Positions 14,535 to 29,940 are shown, counted from the stretch's first letter. The stretch: DNA of 64,000 nt from Adineta vaga (GCA_021613535.1 CP075492.1:9858001-9922000), one strand, 5' to 3'. Program-made: numbers and translations. The notes: generated by a model from the letters alone, not told the origin.

Positions 14535-15630
14535 TCAGTTGCAAAGTAGTGGTAAACTACTATTGCTATCTTGTTGTATTCTATGTAATTCTTTAACAGC
14601 TACATCTACAAGAAGTTGAAAACCGGCAAGATCACCAGTAGAATTACTAGTCGTCATCGTAGTTGTTGTTAATGAATCATTTGGACAAGCAAGACGTGTT
14701 TGTTGTTCACTTGATATTAAATTGATAACAGTCGGATCACGTATAGGTTTTAATAGAACATGATGCCTCGTTGTATAACAAGGTTCGATAGATGATGATG
14801 ATGATGATGATGATGACGATGATGATTGTTTATTTAGAACACTCGAATTATTTGTTAATATTAATGATGGTGAAGAGCTGCGTTCAACAAGAAGATTAAT
14901 ATCTGTTGTTGTTGATAATGCTTCATTGGATGTGTTTTCTCCACTTGTCGAACATATCGCTGATAGAGATGGTGATGAACGTTTTTGATCACGAGAAAAA
15001 CGTCTTGATATAGTAAATTTTTTTGGATCAGTTCCTTCTTTTTTTAATAAATCTGGCAAAATACGTCGACGAGCATTGATGAACCAATTACAAACTTGAT
15101 TAATAGATAGATCAGCACGATGAGATAGATTTGCTTTTTCATCATCAGTTGGATAAGCATTATAACGATGTTCATATAGCCAATTTTTCAATATACGAAC
15201 CTAGAAGAAGAAAAAGAAAAGAACAGTTTCATATAACATCGAACAACTGTTGTCGTTTTTCTTTCGAATGTTATCTTACACTATCTTTAGGTAAATTAGC
15301 TCGTCGTTTTTTTAATTTCGATGAATTGGTTATTGATGATGATGATGAACTATCAAGATCACAATCAGAATCTGTTTGTTCAAGAATTTGATTTCGTTGT
15401 TTTTGTTGTATTAGAACAGATGAACGATGTGGACTAACAATTACTTCGGATGAATGATGGTAGATAGATGAAGGATAAAGAAGATCTTGATGGTGATGAT
15501 GATGATGATGATTGCTATAGTTAATTGTAGTTGTTGCAATTGATGATGATGACGATGAAGATGAAGAGGATGGAGAAAGAAGATTTGTCATTGTTTGATA
15601 ATGTGGAGAATCGTATGAATGATCAATCAT
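14535..15630 (-). CDS. TGIF: TALE-class homeobox protein, TGIF/achintya family
   Basis: [12 protein letters not shown]|[21 protein letters not shown]...[16 protein letters not shown] (AYP TALE loop, WFIN); C-terminal [11 protein letters not shown] motif typical of TGIFs; poly-Ser and poly-His tracts. Confidence 0.93.
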
Positions 15631-18600
15631 TGAATTTTCTAGAATATTAAAGAGGTATTGTCATTATTTAACGGTCATACCAATGATATGTCAGGTGCAA
15701 AAGATGAAATGAAGAAAAAGAAAATGTTTCTTATCTTCTACTATCTAAGAAATGCATACTGTGTGTGCGTGTCGTCTTTTTTCTTTCTTATACGTTTTTT
15801 TTTTCATTTCAAGTCACAGTCGGGAATCAAATACAGATGGCTTAAGTCAGGACTAAAAACGTTTCATAATTACCATATGATTGTTTTATAATAGAAAAAG
15901 AAAGATTATTCGTTGCATGAAGCTATTTTCAGGGGATGAAAAACTCAGCTGATAAAAAACGAATCTAATATTGAAATGAAGATAAATTGAGACACTCTTA
16001 TCGAGCTTGTGTTGAAAAACACATGTCAACTTCAACGAACTTATTTGACGACGCATATTATTCTGATTTTTATAAGGATAATAGACAAGAAAAGAAAATC
16101 TAAACTAGCTCGATTGTCATTAACCTATCATTTCTTCTTCTGCTTTTTATTGTTATTGTTCTCACACACACACACACACGTTCCCTTCTTCATATAATCG
16201 AGAAAAAAAAGATAAGATATGCGACATCACCTTATTCAACAGTAACATGATTAATTTGATTCGTATGATATCGATCAAATGAGAAAATGAATAGGACGAA
16301 AATGATTATTTTTCGTTGCGTACTCACTGATCACGTACATGCATGGAGACAAATTATAGAGAAGAAAATGATTGAAAGCTTATATTTAATTCCATGATGA
16401 AAATTAAAGTCTTAAATATGAGATTTCGTTTTTATTTCTCAACTCATAAAAAGGATAAATGAAAAACAAAATCTATCAACATTAATTAAGCATGTGCGAT
16501 CGCACAAATACCTTAACAGCTGTCTACAGATATCCATCATCATAAGAAGACGTCACTACTGGTTTCAATATCCGTTTAGAAAGAGAACAAAGACCATCAG
16601 CTTGTCTTCATGAAGATGATCGATAGGAATAGAGCAAACGAGATAACATTGATATAACGAGAAATTCATATTCTCAGCAGGAAATGAACTATTGCTAGTT
16701 TTTCGTTTGTCAAAATTAGACAATCTGTCAATCAACTAGTTGATTTCCAGCTGAGATGAAAAGGATGCAAGTGAACAACTTACTAGTTCTTCTTTCTTGT
16801 AATGTCTAACAAGAAACTATCTTTCACTTAAAAAAAGAAGAAAAACTTACGTTTTGCGTCTGTTTATTGTCAAGTCCTGTTATCTACTACTGCATATCTC
16901 TTTTCTTTTTGAGTGCATATGCTTTCTCTCGTTTGACGTTTTATTGTTCTCCATTTTTCTTCTTTCTTTTTTCTTTCTTTTTCGCTCTCTTGCTGTCTGC
17001 TTCTTCTCTCCCTTCTTTTACATACAACAATCTGATTTGGATTATGACTACTACCTTCATTTTCGTTTAGAAAAGAAAGAGAAAAAGAAAAAGAAATTTG
17101 TCACAATTGCCACATCAATGGAACTAAATCAATAAGAAGAAAGAAATTCGTTGTTTTGAAATGCTTGAAGGAAATTAGTTAGAATAAACAGCAACACACT
17201 TCAACTTCGATCTGTTCATGTGTGTGCATATGTATTCTAAGCAAGGTTTCTGACACACACACATTCATACGTATACATGCATAGAGACTCACTCACTTGA
17301 TCAGAGTGTGAAGAAACGAAGACCGACAACAAAAGAATGTAAGTGTGTAATGGCATGTGACGAAGAAATACGAATATATTCACACACGACATCCTAGATT
17401 CAAATTTACGCATAGATATAGATAATACATGTCAAAACTGTCAAATATTGCATATATATATATATATATCTGCACAAAATATGATTACATGGACAACAAT
17501 AGAACAAATGAGATGTATATACAAAAAGCAAATGCAAATAAACGAATGAAAAAGTACGACGAAAAAAAAACACTAGTATTGTTTTTTTTTCTTCTTCTTC
17601 TTCTTCTTCACTTGAAAAGAAATCAATCGTAAATTGTATCTTTTATCAACTCCAACATAAAACTAACAAACATTTTTCCTAATCATTTCTCTGCCTCATA
17701 GATCATGCACGTCAATTGAATGGATCACTTAGAAAAGAATTCGTTTTTTTGCTCCTTCTTGTTCGTCTTCTCTATCTCTATTCAAAAACAATTATAATGA
17801 GGAAAAGAAGATCCAAAGGTTGGCGAGCTAGCTATCATCTACGTGTCTTTCCCAAAGGAGTATCTCTTCTAAATGTCAATGCTCGTTCGACAAAAGACAT
17901 AAGAGAACGACTATCCATTCATTATGTCACTAACGAACAGAGAAAAAAATAGACCATCACAAGAGTAAATACATACAATGTCTTTGGGGATATGTTCAAC
18001 TGTTTCTATTTTTTAAGCTGCTTTTTCTCAAAAAAGAAGAAGAATAAAAAGTAGGATGAAAAGTCAATAAGGTAAGAGAAAGAAAAATCCTTCTGGTAAA
18101 ATACGACTTCACCTTAATTATATATATATATATATGTATAAAAAAGAGAGAGAGGAAATATCTGTACGTTTCTATTTATGATCAAATTGAATCACTTTCA
18201 TAGTGCTCAAGATAGTTTATGCATTATGTCAAAAGAGTATTACTCTCTTTAAGCTAACAGTATGTCATTATTCCCACATTGCTTATCTTCCTCCTACATA
18301 GCAGAACTTCGCGTTTTCTTCTGTCTGTTTTACGTACATATACACATCATTGTAATTGATTTGGGCCAATGTTAATTCGCTTTTCATCAATAACAATTAG
18401 GAATTGTAGACGAAGAAGAAGTAAAGAGAAGAAGAAGAAGAAAGAACGAAGAATACATTCAATCAACTTAATGAATAGAAGATACTATCATCTAAACTAA
18501 TCACACATATTTTTACTCAAACGAATGTCAAAACAACGAAACAATACTTATTGTATTTCACATTTCTTCTGCAGCTGTTTCTTATTCAAATCAATTGCTC

Positions 18601-21223
18601 AATTTTGTTGTTATCATCGTCATCCGATTGACGCATCAAAGCGTGCCATACAACTATTTTCATTCGTTGACGTTTTTTCTTCTGTCAACAAGTTCTTCAT
18701 CTTTCTCTCTCTCTCTTTCTTCATCTTCCTAATGTTTGCTCTTTGATTATATGTTGATAAGCCAGAAACAGAGACATACAAAGACGAAGAAAAAAAATTC
18801 TCAGAACGTCAAAATAATCTGAAAAGAAGTAAAGAACAGTTGTCATTTTCTTTTTCTTTTTACGAAAAGAATATCTTAACTCTAAACTCGATTAGTAAAC
18901 ATTTGATACTAATGTATTTCTATGAATAAATCCGTCACAATACGATTCATTTCTTTATTGATTAGATTAGTTTCATATGATCTGAAAAAGTCAGGTAATA
19001 CTTATCACTGAGAGAATAATTAATCGTGAATATATAGAAAGTTTCAACTCACCTATTCTCACTTAATTCAATATGTATTATAATACAGACTTGTTATTTC
19101 TGTTTTTTTTCTTCTCTCAATACTTGCTCATCAATATGTATCCTCACGGATGTGATCTTTTACGCGTTGCTATACTGGTGATTACATCTATATCAAATAT
19201 GAGAGGGAGAGAGAGAGAGAAAAAAGAAGCATTTTTATCAATGGTAAAATATAAAGAGAATAAAAGAACAATATAAATCAATAATTCAGTGATGAATATC
19301 TTCTTTTCATGGTCGGATTTTTGCTTCTCAATTATTTCTTTTGCGCCTCCCACACGTGTGTATAGTACATAGTGACAATAGCAACATCATTGTGTACAAC
19401 CTTAACCCACCATTATCAATGCTTCCGGCAGTATGAAGCAAATCGGAAAAACATGTATCTTTTGGGCAGCGTCATCGGTTGAAATAACAATATATAGATG
19501 GATAAAAGGCGAGCAAGAGACAGAAAGAGAGAGAGAGAACAAGAAGATGTGTCAAATAGACAAGCAAAGAAACTGTCAAAGACGTGTATATGAATATGTA
19601 AGATGATTGATCATTGTACAAGTCGAAATCTCAAAGAAAAGATTTGACATAAATATGACAACATGCATCGAATGTCAAAGAGATAGACGGGAACAAAAGT
19701 TAAGTTTTCTTTTTGTTTCACATTTAACAACAATTATATGCCTTAGACCAAATGGCATAGTCTCATTATCAGAAGCGGCTGCTTTTGCTATTCTTGCTTT
19801 GACAGCAGTCAAAATCCCACAGGGTATAACACGCAAAAAGATTTTTTTTTCTGCTACTAAGTGGTGGCCAACGTTACTATAAGAAAAGAAAAGAAGGAAA
19901 GAAGAAAAGAAAGACAATGGGGCTACTTTATACAGCTGTCATTTGTATGTTTATATGTACAATCGTTCAAATACTTTGCCTGCTGATCATCTCTGATTAT
20001 AGAATACTCTTTGTCGTAGTATTTACTGTTGTTATTGTTATTACAACGTATACTCGTATATATGGATAGATATATATGTAAAAGTAACTGACGACAATAG
20101 GCGATGTGTCAAGATCGACCAACAAATGTGTACGTATATGTTGAGTTCTCAGCATGCGTAAATATCACGACCTATTTCGTGTATGGTCATTAGAAACCTC
20201 CTCCTCCTCCTCCTATTCTTCTCCTACGTTTCCATTTCCGATTAATCCGATTCGCTTTATTGACATCTTGTCGAACCATCTGTCATCTTCTTTAAAACGT
20301 AATGACTTACCTAAAGTTTTGTTTTTGTCGTCTTTCAAATTTAGTTGTCTGTTCCAGATCGATTGAGAAAGACAGGAAGTTTTATTAATAATTGCCCATT
20401 TCAACATGCTAATAGTAACTGTTTATCTACTTGACATGCGCGTGTGCGCACAAGGGATAGACAACAGAGCGAAAATGAAATGATGGAGTATATGCCACAA
20501 ACACACGTCGGCTAAAATCAAATGTAAGCACGATCAAATACACGCAACTATTTTAAAAAAACAACATACAAAACACGAAGAGAAGAATGATAGTGATATG
20601 AGAGGTAGTGTCGTGGTGTAAAGGAGAAAGTGAAATGATAGAAGAAGGAGAAGAAGAAGAAGAAGATATGGAAAGACGAAAGTGTAAAAGAGAGGAAGAG
20701 TGAGGGAGAGAGAGAGAAAAAGAAAAGGAAAATAACGGATAGTCTAGTGATATACAAACAGAGATGACACTAGAACGTGCACAGAAAAATATTTATCGGT
20801 ATGGATTATACGAAATGATCGTCAGAGAGACAACTGTTCATTGACATTCGTTTGATTATGGAAAGACAGATAGATCCAGGGTATCGAAGATATTTCTATC
20901 ATTATGTGAAATGTTTTAAGTACAAATGACGTCGAATTTACGATTTAAGAAAAGCTTATTCTAGAAGCATAAGTGTATATTGATAGACAGACATTCTTTT
21001 CTAATAGAATATATATTGTTGATATTTCATCGAGAAACACAAAAATTTTAATTTAGAAAAATAATTTTCATTATTATCGATGTTTATCACGTGTCTTCGA
21101 TTTCTAAAATAAACTTAGACTATGACATGCTCGTTGAAACTTCGATGAATTCTCTATCGAAACAATTTTTATTTACGATTAGTAAGAAAAATGATCCTTC
21201 GAGTATAATAACAAAATTGCACT

Positions 21224-24200
21224 TTAATCAAAAGCTGTTAAATTGAAAGTAGTCGTCTTGCGTGGCGATGGCGACCGACTGGGTATGAAAATATTCGTAG
21301 AATCTAATAAAAGAAAAGAAAAATTTTCTGGAATATAAATTGTAAAACATACTTGGCACGAGCAATTGAGATGATTTGTCTTTTTTATGTATTGGTGGAA
21401 GTCTTACTAAAGTATCGTAGAAAATTTTTGAGAAGAAAAAGTCAAATTAAATTCGTATTTACTTGGTTGTACATATAGTAAATTCTTTTCAATATAATCA
21501 TTTTTCGTATCTAATTCTTCCAATAACCAATATGTTGTCTAAACAAAATACGTATGATGGTTCGTCTAAGATATAAATTTCAAATTACAAACCATTTCTC
21601 CTTTGCCCTAGAATAGAAATCAACCATTAAAAATAAAGATTCAATATAGAAATGACTTACTTTGATATGTAATGTTCCACGTTTTTCGATAAGAAAACGA
21701 CCAGTTTTATCTAATAATTCTTTCGTATCTTTAGTTATATGAATTTTATTGGCTATAATTCTTTCAAATAATCGAATACATAAAATTTAATAATAAAACT
21801 TTACCTTCACTATTCGATTCCATTCTTGATCTAAAATAATCCGATTGTATCATATAAAGTAAAATTTATTCACAAATACTTACGCTGTATTGACCGTATC
21901 ACCAAACAAACAGTATCTAAACAAATAATTAGATCGATAATTTTCAATTAATCTTCTTACCGAGGCATTTTCGAACCAACAACACCAGCACATACAGGTC
22001 CTAAATAAACTATATTAGAAAAATCGAAAGAATTAGTTCTCTACCTGAATGTAAACCAACACGAATACGAAGTTTTTCATTATTAGAATATGGTATAAGA
22101 CAATTCGTTGTGGCTTGACGAATTAATTCTAATGCCATTGTTGCAATTTGATAAGCATGTTCATTTCCATTCTTCTTTGGAACACCAGAAACCACCATAT
22201 CTAAGAATTTAAAATGAATTCGATATACATATCATGTCAAATATACTAACATGCATCTCCAATCGTTTCTATTTTATAAACATCATATTGGTCAATAATA
22301 CTATCAAATATTGTATAAACTCGATTGAGAAATTCTACCACATCGATAGGTTTACATTGACTTGCAATTGTTGTAAATCCAACCATATCACTAAAGACAA
22401 TAGTTTTATTTTAGTTATCATCGAAAAATAAAAGATGAACAATACCTAAAATATATAGTACAAGAATCATAATATTCTGCTGCAACATTTTGACCAATAC
22501 GTAATTGTTCAGCAACACTCTTTGGTAACATACCTAAGAACAAGAAAGTACAAGGTCATGTTTTGTTGATAAATATATTCAATACTACTAACTATATAGA
22601 AGATTTTCTGACTTATGTTTTTCTTGTTCAAGTTCATATGTTCTCGATTGAACAGCTTGTTCCAAACTTGTCTGATATAAGGACATTTTTTTGAACATTA
22701 AATCAATTGGACTCATTTGTAATGGACACATTTTTTTCAAACTTTTCTGTATATCTTTACATGTTGGACGATCAAATGGATTTTCCATAATACATCGTTT
22801 AATCAATCGAGTATAAGAAGATGGTAATGGACAAAAATCTTCTTCTAGTTCGTTGTTGACATCATGTGTCATTAGAGCAATTTTAGGACGATATCCTATT
22901 TTCATAATTGAATCAACATCATCATCCTAAATATAATAGATTACTTTCATAGATAAGAATAAAATGAGAAGATCATTACTCCAAATGGTTCTGATCGTGT
23001 AGCAATTTCATTGAGAATAATTCCAAATGAATAAATATCAATTGGAGGAGTTAGTTTTAATTCATCGATAGAAATTAATTCAGGTGCATAATAAACACGT
23101 TTATATGCTTCAATTGATTGAACATATGAAGTAACATTAGCAGGACTAAGACGAAGATTATCAAGACCATAATCTATAGAAAAAAAAGACAATTCAATGG
23201 AATGATTATATCTACGATTATCTTTGAAAAGATATATGGGCAAAATTGTTTCAGTTTTTTTTTCTTCGTATGTGAACTATTGTACCTGTAATTTTTATTG
23301 TTAAACGTTGATCAACCACACAATTCGATGAATTTAATCGTCCATGAATAAGATGTCGACTATGAATATACGATAATCCATTCAAAATATCCATAGCAAA
23401 TGAAAATCTAAAAATGAATCCATAAAATATTTTATTCATATTTTTCAAACTTTCTTACCGAAATGGCCATGTTATCGGTATTTTTTCATTTTGTAAAACA
23501 TCACGTAACGAACCTTTCGGCATATATTCCATATAGATAATCACTTCATTTGGAAATAATGATGCACCCATAAACTTACAGATATTATTATGATTAAATG
23601 TTCGAACAAGACGAACTTGTTCACGTACACATCGTGTTAATTGAAAATGTTTATGTTTATATTTACGAATAGTAACACATGTATGTCGCCTAAACATATT
23701 ATATGATTTAGTATTACAATAGATAATTGATTGAAACTTACAGATAACCAATAGGACAGAAAATTTGTTGAGTACAACTTATGTTAGATAAATTTGTTGT
23801 TATACTTATATTTGTTTCACTTGTTTGACGTGCACGATTTGGTTTTTGACATTCGTTAATTGATATTAGACTGATTGATTGTTGTGCACGAATTGCTAGA
23901 GGCAAAACAAAAACAAACATTTTTTTGAATGAAATTTCAGACGTAAATCAATAGTAAAGAAAAATCTTTTTGAATGTTTTAAAGTTTAATTCAGTTTATT
24001 TCTCATATAATATGAACGAATCTTACGTTGAACTTCTTTAACATCAATTATCCAGCTTGGATCCCATAGAAGACGTTGTTCTTGAATTTTAAAATACTAA
24101 AAAATACATACAGTAAACATTAAAATCAGATATTCTTTTTTAAGAATCTAATATTATTTACTAGACCAACAGCAATAAGAGAACCAACAAAAATTGTACA

Positions 24201-25354
24201 AACAACTGTAATTAAACCAATATGAATCGGTTTTAATGGACATTTGCCACAATCCAATGGACAATTCGAACAGTTCTCATATTTTACATCACAAAATTCA
24301 TCTCCACAAACTAAATTCGACCATAATCATCATTCAATACATTTTCCTTTATCTATTTTTTACAAAAACTTACTTGCTTTACGACTAACTTGAATATTAG
24401 AACTAACCAATGCAATATGAATCCAATTTTGTATACCCACTTTGAAATGAGCAATGATTTCCACAATTCCAAACACTGGTACAATCACCGTACTTTCATA
24501 AACTGTAAATCATTTTTTCATACTATCAATTACATACATATCAAAACTTACTATGTCCTACAGGTCCAACCATGACTGTACTATGATAAATTTGACCACT
24601 TGGTGGAATCCTATAAAAGAATGAATTATATAAAAGAGGAACAATCGATTGTAAAACACATACCATGGTCCACAGTATGGAACAGTACGACCAATTTCAC
24701 AGGCATGAACATTAATATGCCATAAACAAACATCCGATTCAATTTTTGGATCAGAAACATCGAAATTTGATTGATGTTTATGACACCAATGATACCATGA
24801 TTGAGTACTATTCATCGTTTGATTTGATAATCTAATTAAACAAAAAACGGGTTGTTGTTTTAGTCATGGTTAATAACGTAAACGAACGTATATAATGGAT
24901 GAGACAATTTATTGATTGCCCAATCGAAAAATTCCGGTAATAAATCAATAGAATATGATACATTAAAAGGAATATCTTGTGTAACTAAAATTCACAGAAA
25001 CAAAGATTAGTATATCGATGAAAACGAATGAATTTCAATGTAATAAAAATAACCTTTTTTCGGAGGAGGTACAATCCAATCGAGATGAACACCTGAAATA
25101 TATTCATTCATTTATTTTAGTCAGATGGAAGAGAAAAGTTAAGATAAACATTCACCTCTACAATTAGAACCATGTTGTGCTAATGTATCGGACAATGTCG
25201 ATGAAGCATACGAAGGCCAACAATGAAATCGACTATTGTCCATATTATGCCATCCGAAACATGTCGAACAAATACTTCCCAATAGAAACTGATAAAGAAA
25301 GTTATTGTATACATATTCAAAGTGATACATTACCAGTAGAAACATTTTTTTCAT
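21224..25354 (-). CDS. Receptor-type guanylyl cyclase with atypical Cys-rich ectodomain (>20 exons)
   Basis: Signal peptide, TM at ~24165-24230, kinase-homology domain ([22 protein letters not shown]), coiled coil, cyclase core [39 protein letters not shown] (GTP-specific Glu/Cys). Confidence 0.95.
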
Positions 25355-26000
25355 GAATAACAATGAATGAAAATGCTCGAAAACATCGTAGAAATGATAG
25401 ACTGATTGTTTCCATGTAAACAGATGTGTTAAGCATCTTATAATCTTTATCTTATTGTTCAATAGAAATGATTTCGTAATCAAAAGATACGTATAGAATA
25501 TTCTTCTTAGGTCAATGTTTTAAATCATAAACATGTTGTTTTTTCTTTAAAAGTCTTGTTTACTTATTTTTCTTCTTATTTTTCAAATATGTAAAAATAC
25601 ATCACTAAACTTTCATCAATGACAAAAAAAATTTGCATATTCTACAAAGGAGCAACACAATGAAGAAAAAATAAATAAATTCGTGTTTTTTACTGGAGGA
25701 TAAATCTTAAGATTTTGGAAGTCAATAGAAAAATGAGCACCAATTTTTCGATCAATTCAAAAAGAAAGCAGATAGAGGAAGAAACTAACTGTTAATTTCG
25801 TTGATAAATATTAAAATTTGACATGATGTTTTGTTTTCCTCGAAGCACCGGTTGAAAGAAAAATTTATCAAAAATACAGCAGATATTTTAACAAGAAAAC
25901 TTCACCCAAGAAAAAAGAATCCCATACACACACACACAGATAAAGGTTTATCAAGAGCTAATCTATTCAATGGACAGAAAGAGAAAAAAAATCTAATTAT

Positions 26001-27464
26001 TTATAACTCAGCATCATTAGAAGCATTCACTTCATCGTCAACATGATGTAAAATGACTTTTCTTGGTTGTAAAGTTGTTACTTCAATTGTTGATGATGAC
26101 GTCACGGAATTCGTAGTGAGAAATGCAACAACAAGTTCATATGTACTCATCATAATCGCCGTATTCTAAAAGAAGAGAATGATAAATAGAAAATGATCTC
26201 GTTATTATACGTTTTATCTTACTGGAATTTGTCGAATTAGATGAGTTAATAAACCCCGATATAAACCCATTATACTTTCTTCATAATATACTGTTTTTAA
26301 TGTTTGCATAAATGTTCGATATTTTGAACCTGCTTCTCTTAAACGTGTTCGAACAACTTCATGAGGATAACATAAAGTTGTTGCAAATGATTTCGAACAT
26401 GCAGCAGCAATTAAATAAGTGACAAAACTATGAAAGTTTGTATCATCTGATGAATGATTTTGACGTGCGTGAAGTAATTGTAGCTGAGCTTTTATTTGCT
26501 CATAAAGAACAAAATGAACAATAGTTTCAGACACGCCTACATATGATGCAGATATACCTGAAATATACTTTCTATTCGATAAGAATTTATTTAATAGAAA
26601 TAAATGATTTTACCTTTATAAAAACCTAATATACCATGTTCACGATAAACATTACGAATGAGATCAATTGCGCGAATATTTCTTAAGATATCCTTGCGAA
26701 ATAGCAGAAATAATTATTGTACAATATTACTCTTACCCTTGCTCAATTTGAAGACGAGTTTTGATAAACCATAATGGATTTGTACATGTAGACATAGCAA
26801 TCCCTTGATATTATAAATATATATTAATGATTATAATCATCTTTTTTGAAAATTTACCTGCTGTAGCTGCTGAAGTTATATGTACTAATGGTGTTTCTCG
26901 TTCCATTTCTTTGACTAAGAACAATTTTGTATTTGCATAAGCAAAAAAATAAATTGCCCTAAGAGACATTCATTCTTGTAGAGGAATAAAATCTATGTTA
27001 TCCTTACCGTGATGGTGCAACACCGATCAGATTCGGTATAAGACCTTTAAAAAGTCCTGGAACACCTTCATATTTTACAATCTGTCTAAATTTGAATTTT
27101 TCACAATGACACGAGAATTTTTCATTGAGAAAAGAATTACCGAAGTGAACCGATTATAGATGGACGTTTTCTATCATATCTGAATTGAAAGGCGACCGTA
27201 TTACTTTTTGATGAATGTAGATTGAGATGAACTTTTTCTTGAGAAAATGCATTCTGTGATGATTGATATCGTGTTTTGATTACTTCTAATGGGCATGTAA
27301 GAACTGCACCAAATGTACCGGCAAGACTAGATATAGAGATGGAAGATTGGAATGTTTTCATTAAATACTCTTTAATTTTACCCTCCAGCTAATAGATGAA
27401 CATAAGAAGAACGATTTAGATTCGTTTGCTGTTCTCCATAAGTTTTTGTATTAGTTGTAGACAT
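26001..27464 (-). CDS. SLC25A36: Mitochondrial pyrimidine nucleotide carrier (SLC25A36/SLC25A33/Rim2 family)
   Basis: Three carrier repeats: TCPLEVIKTR, TNPLWFIKTR, YPHEVVRTRLRE; GVAPSRAIYF, GVSETIVHFVLYE, RQIPNTAIMM. Confidence 0.92.
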
Positions 27465-27685
27465 GTGAGATCAAAGATAGTATCTTAATTGAAATTAATG
27501 AATCATTGATTCAAACATATCTAGAAGATATTCTTTGTTAGAGAATAAAGAATATCAAATAGAAAAAGTAAGCAAAAACTCGAGTAGTTTCAGAAGAAAA
27601 CACAGCGGAGAATGTGGAGAAAAAAAAACAATGATAACAATATCGGATCGAAACTTCACGAAACATTGTATGTTTCTTTTCGATT

Positions 27686-28731
27686 TTAAAAACGAAATTT
27701 TTGATGATGTTGAAACGTATTTGTAAGAATAATTGAAAGAATATAGAGAAAACCAAGTTGAGTATTCAATATCGCTGTTCGATTAGGTAATTTAATCAAT
27801 TTATCATGTTTAAATTCTTCACATAAACGATATGCATAGATTATTGTTAATAATGGTAAAAAGCAAAACCAAGAAATGTTTATCATTATATAACAAATAA
27901 TTACATAAGGTGAATAAATAAGTATACAATAAAGATAATAAGAATATTGTTTTCCAAGTAATATTGATAATGTCAATATACCAACAGATCTGTCATGTTC
28001 CATATCACGTGTATTATTACTATGAAGAATCGCTTCAGTATTCAATGTTAATGGTAAAGCATAAAGAACAGGATAAATACTATAATGACCAGCTTGTGCC
28101 ATGAAAGAATAAACAATAGTTATCGGACCGAATGTTAATAGAATAAGAACATCGCCAAGTGCAATATATTTAAATCCTAAAATAGTAGAAGTTATGTTGA
28201 TATAATTTGAAAGAATAAATCGATTTACCAATGCCTCCAGTATATAAAAATGATAATGGTAAAGCACCAAAATAGATCAAAGCCAAATAAGGTTCTTTTG
28301 CTGGTGAAAAATGTGATAGAGAAAGAAAAGCAATTGTTCCAATTGCATATAGGATCAGACCAAGTCGAACAACATCATTTGGTTTAAGTAAACCTTCAAT
28401 TAATGTTCGATCATCAATAGAATCAACATCGTTTCCTTTATCCTCTTTATCATTTGTCACGGGAGTATCAACACCATGAATGTAATCATAGTAACTTGAA
28501 AATTTTATAAAAAATAAATTGAACAAAATTTAGTTTTATTTTAACTTACGTGTTGAAAAGATTTGCAGCGGCATGAACACATAGTGCTGATACACATGTT
28601 AGTAAAAGTACAGGGATTGATAATGTTCGTACAGATGAATATGCAAGTGCACTGCCTAATAGAAGTGGCATCATACTAGCAGTGAACGACCATGGTCTAA
28701 CAGCTAATAGATATTTTTCTAATGTATTCAT
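27686..28731 (-). CDS. UBIAD1: UbiA prenyltransferase domain protein 1 (menaquinone-4 synthase/heix)
   Basis: [57 protein letters not shown]. Confidence 0.96.
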
Positions 28732-29940
28732 GCTAAATTAATAACTAGAATAGAAACATCTATATCATCATCTATAATTATCGTTGAATAGAAATATTTT
28801 TGAAAGATTAGTTTTGTTGTTAGATCATTTCAGTTCAGTACCAAATCATGCTTATAAGTGGATAAATATGATCGAATGAATGGTAGACCTCCTCGATTTA
28901 GTGTAATTGTTATGGTTAACAACGAATCATATTGAAGAGATGAATCATCGGTCAAAAATATAGAAAGAAGGAGAGAGAGAGTTGCCTATTAATTCCAAGT
29001 TCTCATACACGTGAAATGAGGCGTTTTATGTATTATGAAAATTACAGGTATAAGAAAGACCTTGGCATATGGATCCGCCTTTTATATTATGTCTATTTGT
29101 TCGTTTTCAATCTGGAGATAGAACCGAAAAATTAATGTATAAGCAAAGACAAAACTGAAATATTAATGTATTTTATACAATAGTGAACATATATGAGATA
29201 ATTCACCATTGAAACATGATCTATAGAACATATTCATTCTTCTGAACATTATTCAAACTCATCACCACGTGATTTCTAAAATAGACGAAAGGAGAATATC
29301 TCTAAGCAAGATTTGATCATTTTGAAAACAAAATTCATCTAGTTAATCCTTACAAATAGAACTTGATCGGGAACCAGTCCCGCTACAACCAAAAATACAT
29401 CTTACATCAGTATTTTGAGACGTCGAGAAAAGCGCGATGCAAAACAAAACAATTATAATCTATAGAAGAAAAAAAGAAAATATACGAAAGAGTATGAAGG
29501 ATGTTATTCTTCATGTTTTGAGAGTTATTACTTCTAGTATTCGTTTAGATTTGCTCTACTTTGATGATATACAATTAATTTAAATGATGTATATCTATTA
29601 TTTCTGCTATATCATCACGAAAGCTATCATCGTGCGTAAGAACAACTCATTGTAGTTTTAATGACAAATGATAATAATAGATCATAGTTCTTACACATAA
29701 AAACAATTTTTTCGTAGGAGACGTTTGAAATATTCTTTATATATATATATTAGTTATGTTTATAGTTCATCGCGTAATATTGAGATGTTCCGGTTTTACT
29801 ACTTGAAGACAAAAAATCAAGATAAAATAGATTGGTTTAGAACAATAAAATAGTTTTCGTTTGAATCATCTGTCTATGTTCTCCATCTAGCATCTAAAAC
29901 GTCTAACTTCAGAGTCAAGAGATAGCAAAAATAAAAATAT

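Noticed and set aside
15658-20757. Numerous 60-93 aa ORFs upstream of TGIF
   Set aside because: Arise from CT/GA/poly-T microsatellite-rich non-coding DNA; no motifs
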